A DNA stretch of 64,000 nt, from NCBI GenBank assembly GCA_036867785.1, contig CP145409.1, forward strand, positions 496,001 through 560,000, given 5' to 3'. The DNA is from Plasmodiophora brassicae (taxonomy: Eukaryota). This document shows, in pieces, positions 13,501 through 26,071 of this stretch. The position numbers and the translations under genes were made by a program. The notes below the pieces were generated by a model that saw only the letters and a list, made by a program, of their open reading frames with translations, was not told where the DNA came from and ran no database searches. The first letter of the stretch is position 1. Each line of letters starts with the position of its first letter.

Positions 13501-15176
13501 CATGGGCCCAGGAGGGCGGAATGTGATTTCGCCCGCTGCGGCGAATTCATCACGCCCGTTGCCTACAAACCGTTATTCTCGCCTTTTCTGCCATATACCA
13601 GACAGAACCTACTGAGTTGAACGGAGAGGTATCCGTAATCGAGAATGCCCTGCAGTGCACATCGTCCACGAAGTGGTTTATGCCCACAGTTCTCCTCGTT
13701 GAGGTCTACCTGCAAGTACTCGTTCTCTAAATCCGTCCGCGTTCCGTTGTAGTGCAGGGCGCTGACAGGTTGTCGCGTTTAGGCGGCGCAAACGCGCAGA
13801 CACTGATGTGAAAACTAGCCTGGTGGATAGCATCGCCTTCGGGACCGGTTGCGGCTCTGTAACCGATAGGCAGCCGCTTTCCTCTTGGACCTTGCCGTTA
13901 GGTGGCGCGTCTTTGTTCAATGCGCTAATAAAACACCTACAGTACGCCATGTCAACTGGTTCGGCGTCGCCATTAGCATCATCGTTTCAGCACTGACACT
14001 GTCTTCGTATTCTCCCACGATTTCGAAATTTCGGCAAGCAACGGAAGTTCCCGATACGGAAGCCAAAACGACAGCGGGGTCGCCTGTCATTCAACGAATC
14101 AAATGCTGGCGATTGCGCCTGGAATGCCATTAGATTACCAGAGCCGGGATGTGCCCGTTGAACGGGTGATAGTACAGCAGCGAGGCAACCTTCCGAGCGG
14201 CGAGTTGCAATTTGTCGCGAAACGGCGCTCGTGGCGCCGAGAATTTCAGGACTGGCGTCCGCTTGAACGTTCGGTGCGGTTTCAACTTGCCGGATAGGTC
14301 GACTGCAACGGGCACCCTGCGCTGGATCTCCCAGTCACGAACATCGATCGTAAAGTCGAATATTTCCTGCTCGTTACGTATCAGAACGCAGCTCGCAGAC
14401 CGAGCAGGAGCGCCACCTGGAATTCGCACTTGAACCGGACCGTGGCAACGGTCTCCTTCGGGGTGCCCGGAGATTCAATTTCGACAGTCTGGTCGACGAT
14501 GCCATTGGCGATGTCGACGAGGACGCCCTTGTATTTGCCGATGAGGTCGTTGCCGCCCCAGACCCTTCTGTTCCACACTTCGATGCGAATCTGCTGCGAT
14601 TTAAGGTCGGCGTAGACGCCGTGCCATTCGTTGCCGAAATCACACGGGAACGATGTCTCGACCTTCTGCTTCACGTTCTGCATGCAGGCGGTGTAGTGCA
14701 CGTATCGTTTGCCGATCAGGTTCTCAGCGACCTTGAACACACGCTCCTCCTTGACGTCGTCAACCATCCCCCCGGATTCCTCATCCTTGCGCTTGACCTT
14801 GACCTTCTTCGTTGTCAGATCCCTGCAACCCCGATTGAGCCAAGCAGCAGTCTGGCATGAGGGCTTTTCCCTACTGGGTTTCAAACGGGCTGACAATGCC
14901 GCCGATCTCGAACCGAATGAACGGGTTCTGGATCGACGATTCGAAGGTTCCCGTGACCTTCGTAATTCGAAACCGAAAGTCTCGCGGCTTCCGCTGCTCA
15001 GCTTCGGCTATCTCGACGGCTCCAGGCTGGTCTGCGTACGCGATATCGGTCCAGAGCGTCATCCATCAGCAAGGTACGCCATATTGCCTACCCCGGTGCT
15101 GGTCGGCAACTGGCGCTCTGAACATGTCCCCCTCTGGGACATCGTCCGACGGCCGCCGCGCTGCTGCCATGCTCAT
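10530..15176 (-). CDS. Large multi-C2-domain protein with CEP76/CC2D2A-like C-terminal transglutaminase-like domain, multi-exon (start approximate)
   Basis: C2 signatures (NPSVTVEW...SEPYWNE, VQCWDNESFSRSPLGYAEI, IEVWNRRVWGGNDLIG) and GTVRDHAILLCNFLL...AYVCIG...HVWVMT plus VVFNNVRLYANVQ, typical of CEP76/CC2D2A C-termini. Could be two genes. Confidence 0.7.
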
Positions 15177-15766
15177 ACCAACCGACAAGGAAGCGGGTGA
15201 TTGGAGTCGCAGTCACCTGGCACTCTGTTTGCATGCTGCACTGCACAGGGCGCGCCACGCGTTGCCACTTGTGTGTGGCTGGCCATGCACGACGTGCATC
15301 TTGTCGATTCGTTCACGTCCTGGGAGACTGCGTGCACACGGTTACGAAGCAATGCTCCTCGTCAAATGTCACGTCAACGTCTAATGCCCCCCGCGTGCTC
15401 TCATACGCTCACCCAAGTGGGTACGCAGCGTTCGCGTTTGTACATGTTTACAGGGAAGCTGACATGGGAATTAAAACACCTTGAGACCTTCTTATCCATG
15501 AGCATGGCTGATGGAAGCGGAAGTGTTGTGGATCAGGAAACATCATCATACGCATGACGTGATGCGGGGAGAGCGTCTGGCTCTGTATCAGGATGGTCAC
15601 ATGGGAGGGAGAACGACTTCGGGTGCCAGTCACACAGTTGGTTAGTTGTTGGCGAGGCGGCAGCGAGTCCCGGCGACTAGTCTCCTCCTCCTTGCGGCCC
15701 CTGCGTGTTCTCCTCCGTGTCAACGCATATTGATGAGCGTTTAGACCTGCACCATGCCCTGTTGCA

Positions 15767-17282
15767 ATGTCATGCTGTAAATCTGATCGCGTCGCTGTGC
15801 TCGACGAGATGTCGGCTACGAGCGCCGCCATCTCTAAACAGCTGGCAATTGATAAAGCAGCAACCGCCCGGCTCCCTGTGGTCCTATTCTTGGGTTTGTC
15901 ACTCAGCCGCGTCCATTGTTGCTTTTACGTCTTACGTCAGTTCCTTGGTAGGAGTCGGAGAGAGTGGCAAGGTACAGATTTGCTAGTGGTGCTGGACGCA
16001 TTCCTCGTTGGCATGACATGGGGATCCTGCGTCAGAGTACATTCTTTAAGCAGCTTCGAATGTGCCACGGGAGTCCATGGACGGCCGATGAATTGCTAAC
16101 GTTCAAGACGGCTGTCGACCGCATGGTCATCAACGATATTATTCGATTGGCGATGGCAACGCAGAACGCGGCAATCCTGGAAGCGTTCCCGGAGAAGCTC
16201 GTCTTTTCGCCGTCGGTTGAGACGGTCATCTACAAAGTTACCCAGTGGATGATCGAACGGGAGATCCCGAACACCCTTACCGAAGAGGTCGCATCGTACA
16301 TTTACCGATTATGGACGGATGAAACCATCAGGAAGGTTCGTAGCCGGTCATCTGGTAACAGTTCGTCCACAACACTAACTCTGCTGAAAGGTGTATAGCA
16401 AGCGGGCTCTGTTCCACATGGGCGATCACGTAGGGACCAGCTGGGTTAGATACAGGAGTCTTGTGTTCTGACCAAAACCTTACAGGCCGAGTATTTCTTC
16501 AATAAGATTGCCACAATTGCAAGTCCTTCTTGGATGCCCAACGATAACGACCTTGTCAACCTTCGAATACGGACAGCGGGTATCCAGGACCAGAAGATCA
16601 ACATCGAGGGACTAAGTCAGCGGGCGTTCCAGTTATGACTCGCCTTTAGACTGACACTTTTACCAAAAGTGATGCGGGCGGTGGACGTTGGTGGTCAGCG
16701 AAGCGAACGGAGAAAGTGGATATCAGTGTTCGATAACGCCACTGGTAAGCGTTCTGGCAGCTTTAAAACGAAAGCCCATCGCTAAGTGGAAGACAGCGAT
16801 TATGTACGTAACGGCAATTAGCGACTACGACAGGACACTACAGGAGGATAACAAGACTAGCCGGCTGTATGAGTCCCTGGAAGTGTTCGAGGAGCTCTGC
16901 GCGACACCCGCGCTAAAACGGGCCGGTTTTGTCGTGTTCTTCAACAAGACAGGTAACCGTGGTGTACCATAACGACTTAAACTTTGTTAGTAAGCGTACT
17001 GGGATATCAGATCTTTTCACCGAGAAACTGAAGACCACACCGTTTGGGAACTTCGTCCCGCAGTACAGCGGCGACGGGTCATTCGAATCGGCGTCGAAGT
17101 TCCTAGAAGACACGTACCGCGAAACGGCCAAACGAGTCTTCACGGCTATAGGCCTGCCCAAGAAACAGATCCACGTGCATTTCACAACAGCGATCGACAG
17201 GCAAAACATCCTCAAAGTCTTCAGCAGCGTCCAGAAGATCATACTCGACCTCACACTAAAAGACTCAGGACTGGCCGGCTGA
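15767..17282 (+). CDS. Heterotrimeric G-protein alpha subunit, multi-exon
   Basis: G1 GVGESGKST, G2 LRIRTAGI, G3 [13 protein letters not shown]4 FFNKTD, G5 HFTTAID. Confidence 0.95.
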
Positions 17283-17534
17283 AACAATTGCATGGAACAT
17301 CCCATGGAATCCTACCGTTAATCTACGACGAAGCGTTTGGTTCAGTTGGCACCGGCGAATACTTGTAGGATCAGGTCAGCAGAGGACGTGCTCGGGATCC
17401 ATGGGCGCCTCCGCAGAAGTGGCAGGCCCGTGGCAGTGGCTGTCTCGGGAACTCCGTCCGCAAAAACAGCAAATGGACACCGAGTCGTTCTCCGATCAGG
17501 GCCGAACTTGCACAGTCAAAGTCTTTTCAGTCTG

Positions 17535-20500
17535 ATGCCGGTCGACTGTTTCACGCGGCCGACGGATGCGCTGGTGCAGTCGGCGCACGATGGGCGTGTG
17601 TATCGGCGGATGACGCTGCCGAACGGGCTGCGGGTCACCCTGGTACAGCACGAGCCGCGAGGCGACGACTGCGGCGATGATTCGAGTTCCGATGGGGGCG
17701 ACGATGATTCGAGTTCCGACGGGGGCGACGACGTCAGGAGGCCGTCCGCCGTGGCTCTGGCCGTTTCGGTTGGGCATTTTCGCGATCCCGATAACCTCCC
17801 CGGGCTGGCACATCTTCTTGAGCACATGTCCATTGACAGCACCGCGCGTTGAGTATGTGCCCATGGTCTGACAAATTTCAACAGGCTTTTCTTGGGGACG
17901 ACGAAATACCCAGGCGAGAATGAATGGGAGTCGTTCCTGTCTGAGCACGGCGGATATTCCAACGCGCACACCAGCGAAGAGACGACGCTCTACTTCTACG
18001 AAATTGTACTCTATAAGCCGCGACGTTCCGTTTGCACGTCTAATTTCGTTTGCAGCACCCTGAATACTTGGTCGAATCGCTGGACCGATTTGCCGATTTC
18101 TTTATCGATCCGCTGCTGTCACCCGATGCGATCGCTCGCGAGCGTCAGGTTCGTCGTGTGCCGGCGCGCAACGATCCACCGGCATATAACCTTTGTACTG
18201 TGTTCAGGCGGTTGATGCGGAATTCCAGGAAGGTCTGCAAGTCGACGAGCATCGGGTTGTCCAGGTGATGTGCCATGCGGCGCGGCCCGAGCATCCATTG
18301 CAAAAGTTCGGCTGGGGCAATGAACAGTCGCTCGGCGGTGCAAGCGACGTTGAGATTGCTCAGGCCTTGCGGGAATTTCATACGACCCATTATTCAGCGT
18401 CCCGTATGAACCTGGTCGTCGTGACCGAAGACCTCGATGAGGCTGAGCGTGGAATCTGCGCATCGCTGAATGCCATTCCAAACTCGACGCCGCAGACGGC
18501 GTATCATCCGGCGTTGCTCGAGTTGGGGCCGTTCGACGTCACTCAGTCGAACTTCTTCGAAGTCGTTCCCGTCAAGGAAACGTATTCGATAGAGCTCGTG
18601 TTCCCGCTGCCGTCACTGGTCCAGCACTACGCTTCAGTACCAGCTGCCTACTGGGGTGAAGTGATCGGCGACGAAGGCCATGGTTCGGCAATCTCTGTCC
18701 TTCGCGATCGCGGCCTTGCTTCCAGCTTGTCAGCTGGCGTTGGCCATGAGCAGACCTACGAGAACAACCTGTACTCTCTGTTCACGATCAGTGTTGTCTT
18801 GTCAAAGGCCGGATTTGAGCGATGGCAGTCGGTGCTTAAGACGATCATGGCCTACATCAAACTGGTCGTTGATGCCGGCCCTCAATCGGATCTTTGGGAG
18901 CAGTACCGTTCGATGAGTTGTGCATCGTTCGAGTGGGCTGAGCAGAAGGATCCCGTGGAAACGGCGGAATCTGTCGCGATTGCCATGCAGACATACCCAT
19001 GGGGCGACATCCTTCGCGGTCCTATCGTATGGCAAACGTTTTCTCCTGATCGGATGATAGCTGTCGGTGCCAAGCTGAATATCCAGAACTGTCTCGTTAT
19101 CCTTGTTGGACCATCCGACGACAGTGAAACGTTCCAGACTGAACCCTGGTTTGGGACAAAGTACCGCGAATCCCGTCTTGCGTCAGATTTCATGGACGAT
19201 CTTTCCCTAGCGGTGGATCCAGCTCTGACTCTTCCCAAGCGCTCTCCCCTTATCCCGAAGAGTTTCACACTTGTTCCGCGAGGGCCATCTGACCCGACGT
19301 ATCCTCAGGTTATCTTGGAACGGGGCAACCTTCGCATGTGGCACTTCCTCGAACAACGCCATCAGACGCCGCGTGCCTATATCTCACTGCGTTTCTACAG
19401 CGCGTCCGTCTACGATTCTCCTGTGGCGGCTGTTTCATCGCGTTTGATTGCACTCCTGCTGGAGGATTCCCTAATGGAGTACCTGTACCAAGGAGAGGTT
19501 GCCGAACTGTCCATGTCGATTCGTGAGACTCGTCGGTGCATGGAGTTCCAGGCGGATGGCTTCACGGATCGTCTGTTCGAGTTCACGCAGCACATTCTGT
19601 TTCAGTCGCCCCAGTCGCTGTTGCAAGCGCAGTTCACTGCTGACAGGTTCGCGTTGGTGAAGGAACGCCTGCAAGTCGGCTGGGCGTCGGCATATTTCGC
19701 ACCCGCTGAACAAGTCACCTATGAACGCCTACGCGTGCTTCAGGTGCCAAAGTACTCGATTGAGGAGCTTCGAGAAGCACTGGACCGCATTCAGCTCTCT
19801 GACGTAGCCGAGGTCTTGCGACGCCTGCGATCGTCAACGTTCATCGAAGGGTTTATCCACGGCAACGTTAGCGCCGCTGATGCTGATACGTTCGCGAACG
19901 ATTTGCAAGCAGCTTGGAATGCCCCTGGTGGTCGTACTCGAGACGAAGACATCCCGCAGACGGCTCTGTCGGTTTTACTGCTGCCGAAAGGATCGTGCTC
20001 CTGCCGTGCCCAGTCGTCATTCAACGAGCATGAAGACAACTCTGCTCATGTGTCGTACTATCAGCTCGGAGTCGACACCGTCCCTGACAGAACCCGCCTG
20101 AAGCTTCTCCAGCGGATCGCAAGCGAGATGTGCTTTGACGCGCTTCGAACGCGAGCGCAGCTCGGCTACACTGTTACCATGGACCACATTAACACTGATG
20201 GCGTTCTTGGCCTTACCATCGAGGTTGTGTCTGCGAAGTATTCCGCCATGGAATGCGAATCGGCCGTTGATGACTGGATTCGCGACGAACTGATGCCCGC
20301 AATATCGTCGATGACGCCCGAGTCGCTGGACAACCACATCGAAGGGTTTGTCATGGACATAGAGGCACAAGACTTCAGCCTGTCTGCGACGCACGACCGC
20401 CTGTGGGCAGAAATCGTTGCCCAGACGTACGTTTTCGACCGGATCGATCGTGAAGTCGACACGGCGGACCGTATCAAGCGCCGTGATCTGGTCTCCCTAC

Positions 20501-20664
20501 TCACCAAGCTGGTCGGAACCGCGACGCGTGCCAAACTGTCGACCCATATCCTGGGACGCAACTCGCCCGCGTACGACGGTCGCTCGATCGATTCGATTGC
20601 GACGTTCCAGGGCGAGTGCCCGTTGCGCCATGTGATCCCGCTGTCCCGTAAGGTGCCGACATAG
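17535..20664 (+). CDS. M16A metallopeptidase (insulysin/nardilysin-like), multi-exon
   Basis: YRRMTLPNGL, inverted zincin GLAHLLEHM/LFLGTTKYP, GGYSNAHT, acidic insert before the active site, LRTRAQLGY in the C-terminal half. Confidence 0.93.
17676..17729 (+). repeat. 27-bp tandem duplication encoding DDSSSDGGD x2
   Basis: gatgattcgagttccgaYgggggcgac repeated twice. Confidence 0.9.
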
Positions 20665-22232
20665 TCGATGACGGTCCTAGACACGGCGTTGCCAATGTAT
20701 ATTGTCAATGTATTAATTGTCGTCTCCCTGCCTTCTCACCTCGCATGGTCCGCGTCGTCTTCATCGTCACCGTATGTGACTGATTGCGCAGGTATACGTA
20801 GTAGGTGTCGCGCTGTAGGCTGCCCCGCCAGCGCCGAGTTTGGCCTGTTCCCCGTTCTGTCGGGGCAACGCCGTCGCGCAAATTGGAGCCGCGGCGCGCG
20901 CGTTGCGGGGAACGATTACCGAAGCGGGTGGAATCGCGATGGCTGTCCACAACGACGCCGGGCAGTGCCGTCTGCAGCGAATACCGCAGCATTTGTCGAG
21001 TCGGCGGCGCGCCGGGTCGTACGCGCACCTCACCGGCAACAGGACGAGCGCTGGGGCGCCTCCGCAGGAACAGCGTACGGACCCATTGGACGATATACTT
21101 CGCCGTCCTGGCTTGATGTGATTGTGTGCCTGCAGGGATCATTGTCGTGACGCTTCATCTCGATCGTGTCGGCGTTCAGTCATCTGTAACTCCTACTGCT
21201 GCTGAATCATAACGGTACCGTAGAGCCTCTTGTATACCTGTCTGCGGGACTGAGGCGCTGCTTCCAGAACGTATCGCCAGCCATCTCACTCCAATCCATC
21301 CAATTGTTAATTAGCGTACATTGTAAAGACTTGGGAGCGCATCCTGTTCCGCCATGGCTGTTCGTGTTTGCTGTAGATCATCAGACGGGCGGGCGTGTTT
21401 GTCCATGGGTCGGCGTGGCTTTGCGTGCCGCTCGTTCGCGTACGATGCGTAGCTTCAGATCACGAAGGTCGGCGCGGGCAACGGGCTGAGACATGGTGTT
21501 CTCAGACGCCTTTACGGCCGGTGCCGACGCTGACCGAATTTCGGCCAACAGGTCGGCCGCCTCTTGCGACCTGGAGACGTACTCCTGGCGACGGGTACAT
21601 CAGCACTAAGCATTTCGATGCGGTGTCCCGTGTAACTCGCCTGGTGGAGAAGAACTCGTAGTGCCGAAGTCACATCGGAAACAATAGACGCGACCTGGAA
21701 TGCCCGGATTGGTATTTGATGATTTGGCAGGCCCTGTCGCGTACCTGCGATTGTGAAAGTGTCCCGGGTTCCGCTCGCCTGTCGGCCAGCATATCGCGAA
21801 TCTCCTCGAGGAGAGCCTCGTTCTGTTCATTACACATTCCGCCTATGTCATGTACTCTATGACGCAGATGCTCCGCCGAGAGCCTGCCAGTAGCAACCTT
21901 GAGCCATAAGTAGTAACTGGTCGTTCTGATGCTCAAGGGCGCGTTCGAGACGATCAATGTCGGACGACATGGCACACCCCATATCGGGCGGGCTCGCCGT
22001 CCACCGAATCGTATGATCACTGAACGCGCATGGGACTTGAAGCAGTCAGTGCCAGTGACAACGTGAATGAGCAAGAATCCGTCTATCGATCCTGCTGGTG
22101 CGCCTAGGATGCGAGGTCCAGGCCAGCGTAGCCGATGAGAGCGCAACCCTTCTGTAGCGTGCACCTGCAGGGACAGAGTCTGCAACAGACGGGCTGTGGC
22201 ACTGACAGCGTCTGTACAGTACGACAAGGAAG

Positions 22233-22802
22233 ATGACGTCCAGGGCAGGCGAAGGCGTCAACGAAGCAGGTGTTCCAAGCGGCAGTGCCGCAGGCCACCG
22301 AATCCCGATCCACTTGTTGCTGTCCACTGATCTGGTGGTGGACACGGCTAGTAAAGCATGCGAAGTACAACAGGCGTGCGCCCAGCAGATGCACGTCGAG
22401 CAGAACGACGTGGTCATCTACCGTCTCGTTCCGGTTGACGCCTCGGAAGGCATCGTCCCCGGAACGAACATCCAGGACGAGTTGGCATTCGTTGTCAGAG
22501 GTCGTCAGGAACTATGCGTCCGCTCCATCGAACGAACCATGACGGAAAACCGCCACCTGGAGCACAACCTGAAGCGGGCCACGGCGGCGCTCATGACCAT
22601 CAGCAACGCGAGGGAAGACGCCCGAGACGACAAGGCGTACGGCAGCCTGGAGGACCGCGTCCGGCAGCTCGAATCCGAACTATGCTCAGCGCGCTCCGCC
22701 CTTGAGCAATACAGGCAATGGCGGATCGCCAGTCGAATCAACATGGACGCCCTGAAGAACGAGTTCCAGCAGCTGCAGCAGGCTCTCAAGGACTATCAAT
22801 AG
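22233..22802 (+). CDS. Hypothetical coiled-coil protein
   Basis: 189-aa ATG-initiated ORF with heptad-like C-terminal half (LEDRVRQLESELCSARSALEQ...LKNEFQQLQQAL). Confidence 0.6.
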   Translation: MTSRAGEGVNEAGVPSGSAAGHRIPIHLLLSTDLVVDTASKACEVQQACAQQMHVEQNDVVIYRLVPVDASEGIVPGTNIQDELAFVVRGRQELCVRSIERTMTENRHLEHNLKRATAALMTISNAREDARDDKAYGSLEDRVRQLESELCSARSALEQYRQWRIASRINMDALKNEFQQLQQALKDYQ

Positions 22803-22888
22803 AAATCCGCACCACGTTTCGTACACAGTGGAGCTGCATCGCACTCCACGCAGTGCGTAATTGCGTGTTTGTCGCCCCGGTGGGCCCG

Positions 22889-24298
22889 ATGGCGTACGTG
22901 CCGCCGCACCGTCGGCAAGCACCGCAGGAGCAGCAGCCAGAGGAAGTCATCGCTTCCATCAGTGACGATGACGCTGCTATTCCCGCTCAATGCGGGCCAC
23001 GCTGCGCGGAATGGATCCTGGGCAACGCCCGACGATGCCCGCAGCACGCGTACCTGGATTCGCCCGAGACGGTGGCCATCGCGGTCTGGTTCAGCTCGCG
23101 CAGCACAGTATTCCGTCGATGGTGCAAGACGCGTCGGCGAGCGGAAACCAACCCGGAAGTGCAGAATTGCTTCCGCAGGCCGCCCGCGTCGTCGAACGAC
23201 CGAGGCGCCGCGCGATGGGATTCGTGCCAGCAGAACGTCGCCCCGTTGTTCAACCGGTTCCTTCGCTATGCTGCCGACATCGACGTAGGCGTTGGGTACG
23301 TCGGCCGTGCAGCGAAGGCTGTCGCGTCCAAGGGATCCTTCACCTTCCTTGATATGGGATTTGCCCCTGGCGGAATGACAGCGTTGCTGCTGGACGTTGA
23401 TGATCGCGTCAGAGGCGTGGGCGTGTCGCTGGCACCGGAAGCCGGTGGCAACGTGTTCCCTGCGACGCTGGAGTCGTCTGGGCGGTTTGTTGCCATTCAG
23501 GACGATATTCTGGCGGTGGCGAAGAACGGGTTCAGGGCCGACGTTGTTCCCGTCGGCGGCTTCGACCTTGCCATTGTCGGTATCACGATCAGTGGGTCCA
23601 ACCAGTCGGACGAGAGCGAGCACGCCGACCTGAAGGACCACCTGCACCTGGCCCAGATGGAACTGGCGCTGAGGCATGTGCGCCCCGGCGGCATGGTCCT
23701 GATGCGGATGCACCTTAGCATCCGCCGACTCGAAACGCAGATGCTGGGCGTGATGTTAGACCGGTTCCGGGGCCGCCATGCCGTCACCAAGCCGCTGACC
23801 GAGTTCGCCATGCGCAAGACGTACTGGGTTCTGTTTGACGGCTACGAGCCCGATCCGGCGTCGACCGACACGCTGCGGAACACAGTCGTGTCGGCAGAGC
23901 CCGTTGAGGACAGTACCCTGGTGCCGTTCGAGTCCATCGATGCGTTCCTGGAGGCGCTGGGCCCACGGATGCTCCCGATTGTCGAACCGGTGTGGGCGCA
24001 GCAGAGCGACGTCCTGGACTGGATCATGAGTGGCAAACGAAGCCGCCTCTGTGGACGCTGCCGAGCGACTGGCAAGATCTGTAGGGCCTGCACATGTTAC
24101 GTCATGCCGGCCGTCGCCCGTGCGTTTCTTCAAGTGAGTTCCCGGTTGGCATCCACTAAACACCCGCTGTTAATGTATCCGGATTCGCCTGGTGTGGCGA
24201 GGGGACGGTGCCGTTCCCGCAGACCGCATCCGTCATCTGGTGCCACCTGGAACCACAGGTCCATCGGTCATGCAACTTTGCTAATCGCGGTACCTTGA
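22889..24298 (+). CDS. FtsJ/RrmJ-like SAM-dependent methyltransferase domain protein (3' end may be spliced)
   Basis: SAM motif FLDMGFAPGG, FDLAI, QMELALRHVRPGGMVLMRMH, TKP; N-terminal MAYVPPHRR; C-terminal CxxC...CxxC. Confidence 0.7.
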   Translation: MAYVPPHRRQAPQEQQPEEVIASISDDDAAIPAQCGPRCAEWILGNARRCPQHAYLDSPETVAIAVWFSSRSTVFRRWCKTRRRAETNPEVQNCFRRPPASSNDRGAARWDSCQQNVAPLFNRFLRYAADIDVGVGYVGRAAKAVASKGSFTFLDMGFAPGGMTALLLDVDDRVRGVGVSLAPEAGGNVFPATLESSGRFVAIQDDILAVAKNGFRADVVPVGGFDLAIVGITISGSNQSDESEHADLKDHLHLAQMELALRHVRPGGMVLMRMHLSIRRLETQMLGVMLDRFRGRHAVTKPLTEFAMRKTYWVLFDGYEPDPASTDTLRNTVVSAEPVEDSTLVPFESIDAFLEALGPRMLPIVEPVWAQQSDVLDWIMSGKRSRLCGRCRATGKICRACTCYVMPAVARAFLQVSSRLASTKHPLLMYPDSPGVARGRCRSRRPHPSSGATWNHRSIGHATLLIAVP

Positions 24299-24331
24299 GG
24301 TCGAACCACAGTACTCGAGCATTCAGCGGCT

Positions 24332-25840
24332 ATGCCGAAACTGGGCGTCATCATCCTCATCCTGAACGTGCTGCGGATGGGCGACTCGGCGATGGTCATT
24401 GTCGAGCCGGCCGATTCCCCGTTTGCTGGGCTTCGCATGCGTAGCGTCCCCTACAACAAGTACCTCGGCCCACAGGGCACCGACCCAGTCGTCGTCAACG
24501 TCACGTCCGAACTGATGGTCGTGAATGGCGATTCGTTCTGCAGCCCCGAATCGGACAGCATCCCAGACGACGCTCGAGGCCGCATCGTGTTCCAGATACC
24601 CTCGAACGGCGTCGTACGATGCCCTGCGTCGTTGATGTACAGACACCTGCAGGAGAAGGGGGTCGTAGCCTGGATCGGCGTCTGGCCGAACGGATACGAC
24701 GTTTCCGTTCCGTTCAACTACTACTCCAGCAACCCATACCAGCCAGACGCCGCTGGCAACAACATGCTCTTCGTTGCGGTGGAACAGCCAGCTCGACCTG
24801 CCATCTCGCTGATCGATTACATGGTTGACACTGGGCAACGGAGCCGGATCATCGTCAGCGTACAGCCGGATGTCAGCAACTGGGACGGCTTCTACTTCCG
24901 ATGGTACGTCCAAGTCCCGATGCGTTGGATACCAACGACCGTCTTCGGGGCCGCCTTCGCGTTCGCCTGCTTGTTCCTTCATAGGCACCTGAAGATCATC
25001 AATGCTGAGTTCTTCAAACGGTTCCCGATGCCCACTATGCGGACGCGAACGCGTTATTTGAGCTTCATTCGGAGCCAGCTTTCCATTGTCCACCTGATCC
25101 TCATGATCGAACTGATGACGACGCCTATCATGTGCGCCGTCATCGGCATCGGAGGGTGGCAGAGCAACGCCGTCCTCCCGTATGAGATGACGGAATTCTT
25201 CATCACCGCCCTGTCCGGGTGGGGGTTCGCCTGCGACGTCCTCAGCGCGCTCCTCTGGACGACCATCATCAAAGAGACGCCTGGGTGCGGACGCGATTCA
25301 TGGTTCGGCGAGTTCCTCGACAAGCACTCGTTCGCGAAGGTGGCGCTTGGTGTCCTTCCCGTCGTCCTTGACACGGGGACGTCGTTATGCACGGCACTCC
25401 ACGTCCAGATTCTGTACATCAACCAGCTCACAACAGCGCTGATCATGGTCATGCAGCTGGCCGTCGGTATCCAGTTCCTCGTGCAGGCGCTGAAATTCCA
25501 GAAGCATGCCTGGCGTACCGTTAATACCATCAGCATGGACGTGTCCCCGCCGAATGACATGGTCCACTTCCTGCGGCGCCTGAACCGCTGGACGCTGTGC
25601 CTGTCGCTGTCGATGATCACCTTCGTTTGTTTCGTCGCTATTGGCGCGACCTCGTTCCTGTACACAAGGGTTGGCTGGGTCGTCTTCTGGTCAGGAGCTG
25701 GAACGTCCCGTGCCCTCACCAGTTACTGTCGCGTCATGCTGGCACAACCATCACGAGCACGAGGGCCACCATCACGAGCACGAGCGCCGCAAGCCCGAAT
25801 AGCGCCTATCGTGACTGCTGGCGTTCGTATATCCCAATGA
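24332..25840 (+). CDS. Seven-transmembrane GPCR-like receptor with signal peptide and ~170-aa ectodomain, intronless
   Basis: Hydrophobic N-terminus MPKLGVIILILNVL, a soluble Cys-containing domain, then seven hydrophobic segments counted by eye and a basic tail. Confidence 0.72.
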   Translation: MPKLGVIILILNVLRMGDSAMVIVEPADSPFAGLRMRSVPYNKYLGPQGTDPVVVNVTSELMVVNGDSFCSPESDSIPDDARGRIVFQIPSNGVVRCPASLMYRHLQEKGVVAWIGVWPNGYDVSVPFNYYSSNPYQPDAAGNNMLFVAVEQPARPAISLIDYMVDTGQRSRIIVSVQPDVSNWDGFYFRWYVQVPMRWIPTTVFGAAFAFACLFLHRHLKIINAEFFKRFPMPTMRTRTRYLSFIRSQLSIVHLILMIELMTTPIMCAVIGIGGWQSNAVLPYEMTEFFITALSGWGFACDVLSALLWTTIIKETPGCGRDSWFGEFLDKHSFAKVALGVLPVVLDTGTSLCTALHVQILYINQLTTALIMVMQLAVGIQFLVQALKFQKHAWRTVNTISMDVSPPNDMVHFLRRLNRWTLCLSLSMITFVCFVAIGATSFLYTRVGWVVFWSGAGTSRALTSYCRVMLAQPSRARGPPSRARAPQARIAPIVTAGVRISQ

Positions 25841-26071
25841 ACGATGTCGCACGTGCACGTTCAGGTTTCCGTCGATATGCCCCACCGCAGGTTCGCTCCG
25901 ATGCCCCCGTCGACAATGGTACAGAGGAACCGGCAGCGTGCCAGGCGCCGTCCCAGTCCCGGTGGTGTTTGACGACACTGTGTCACGGCAGGGCATGAGT
26001 CACCGCCAACCGTTTGACGTTCCGATGCGGCCATCTGCCTTCCGGCACAATTCAAACACAGCTTCTCGACC

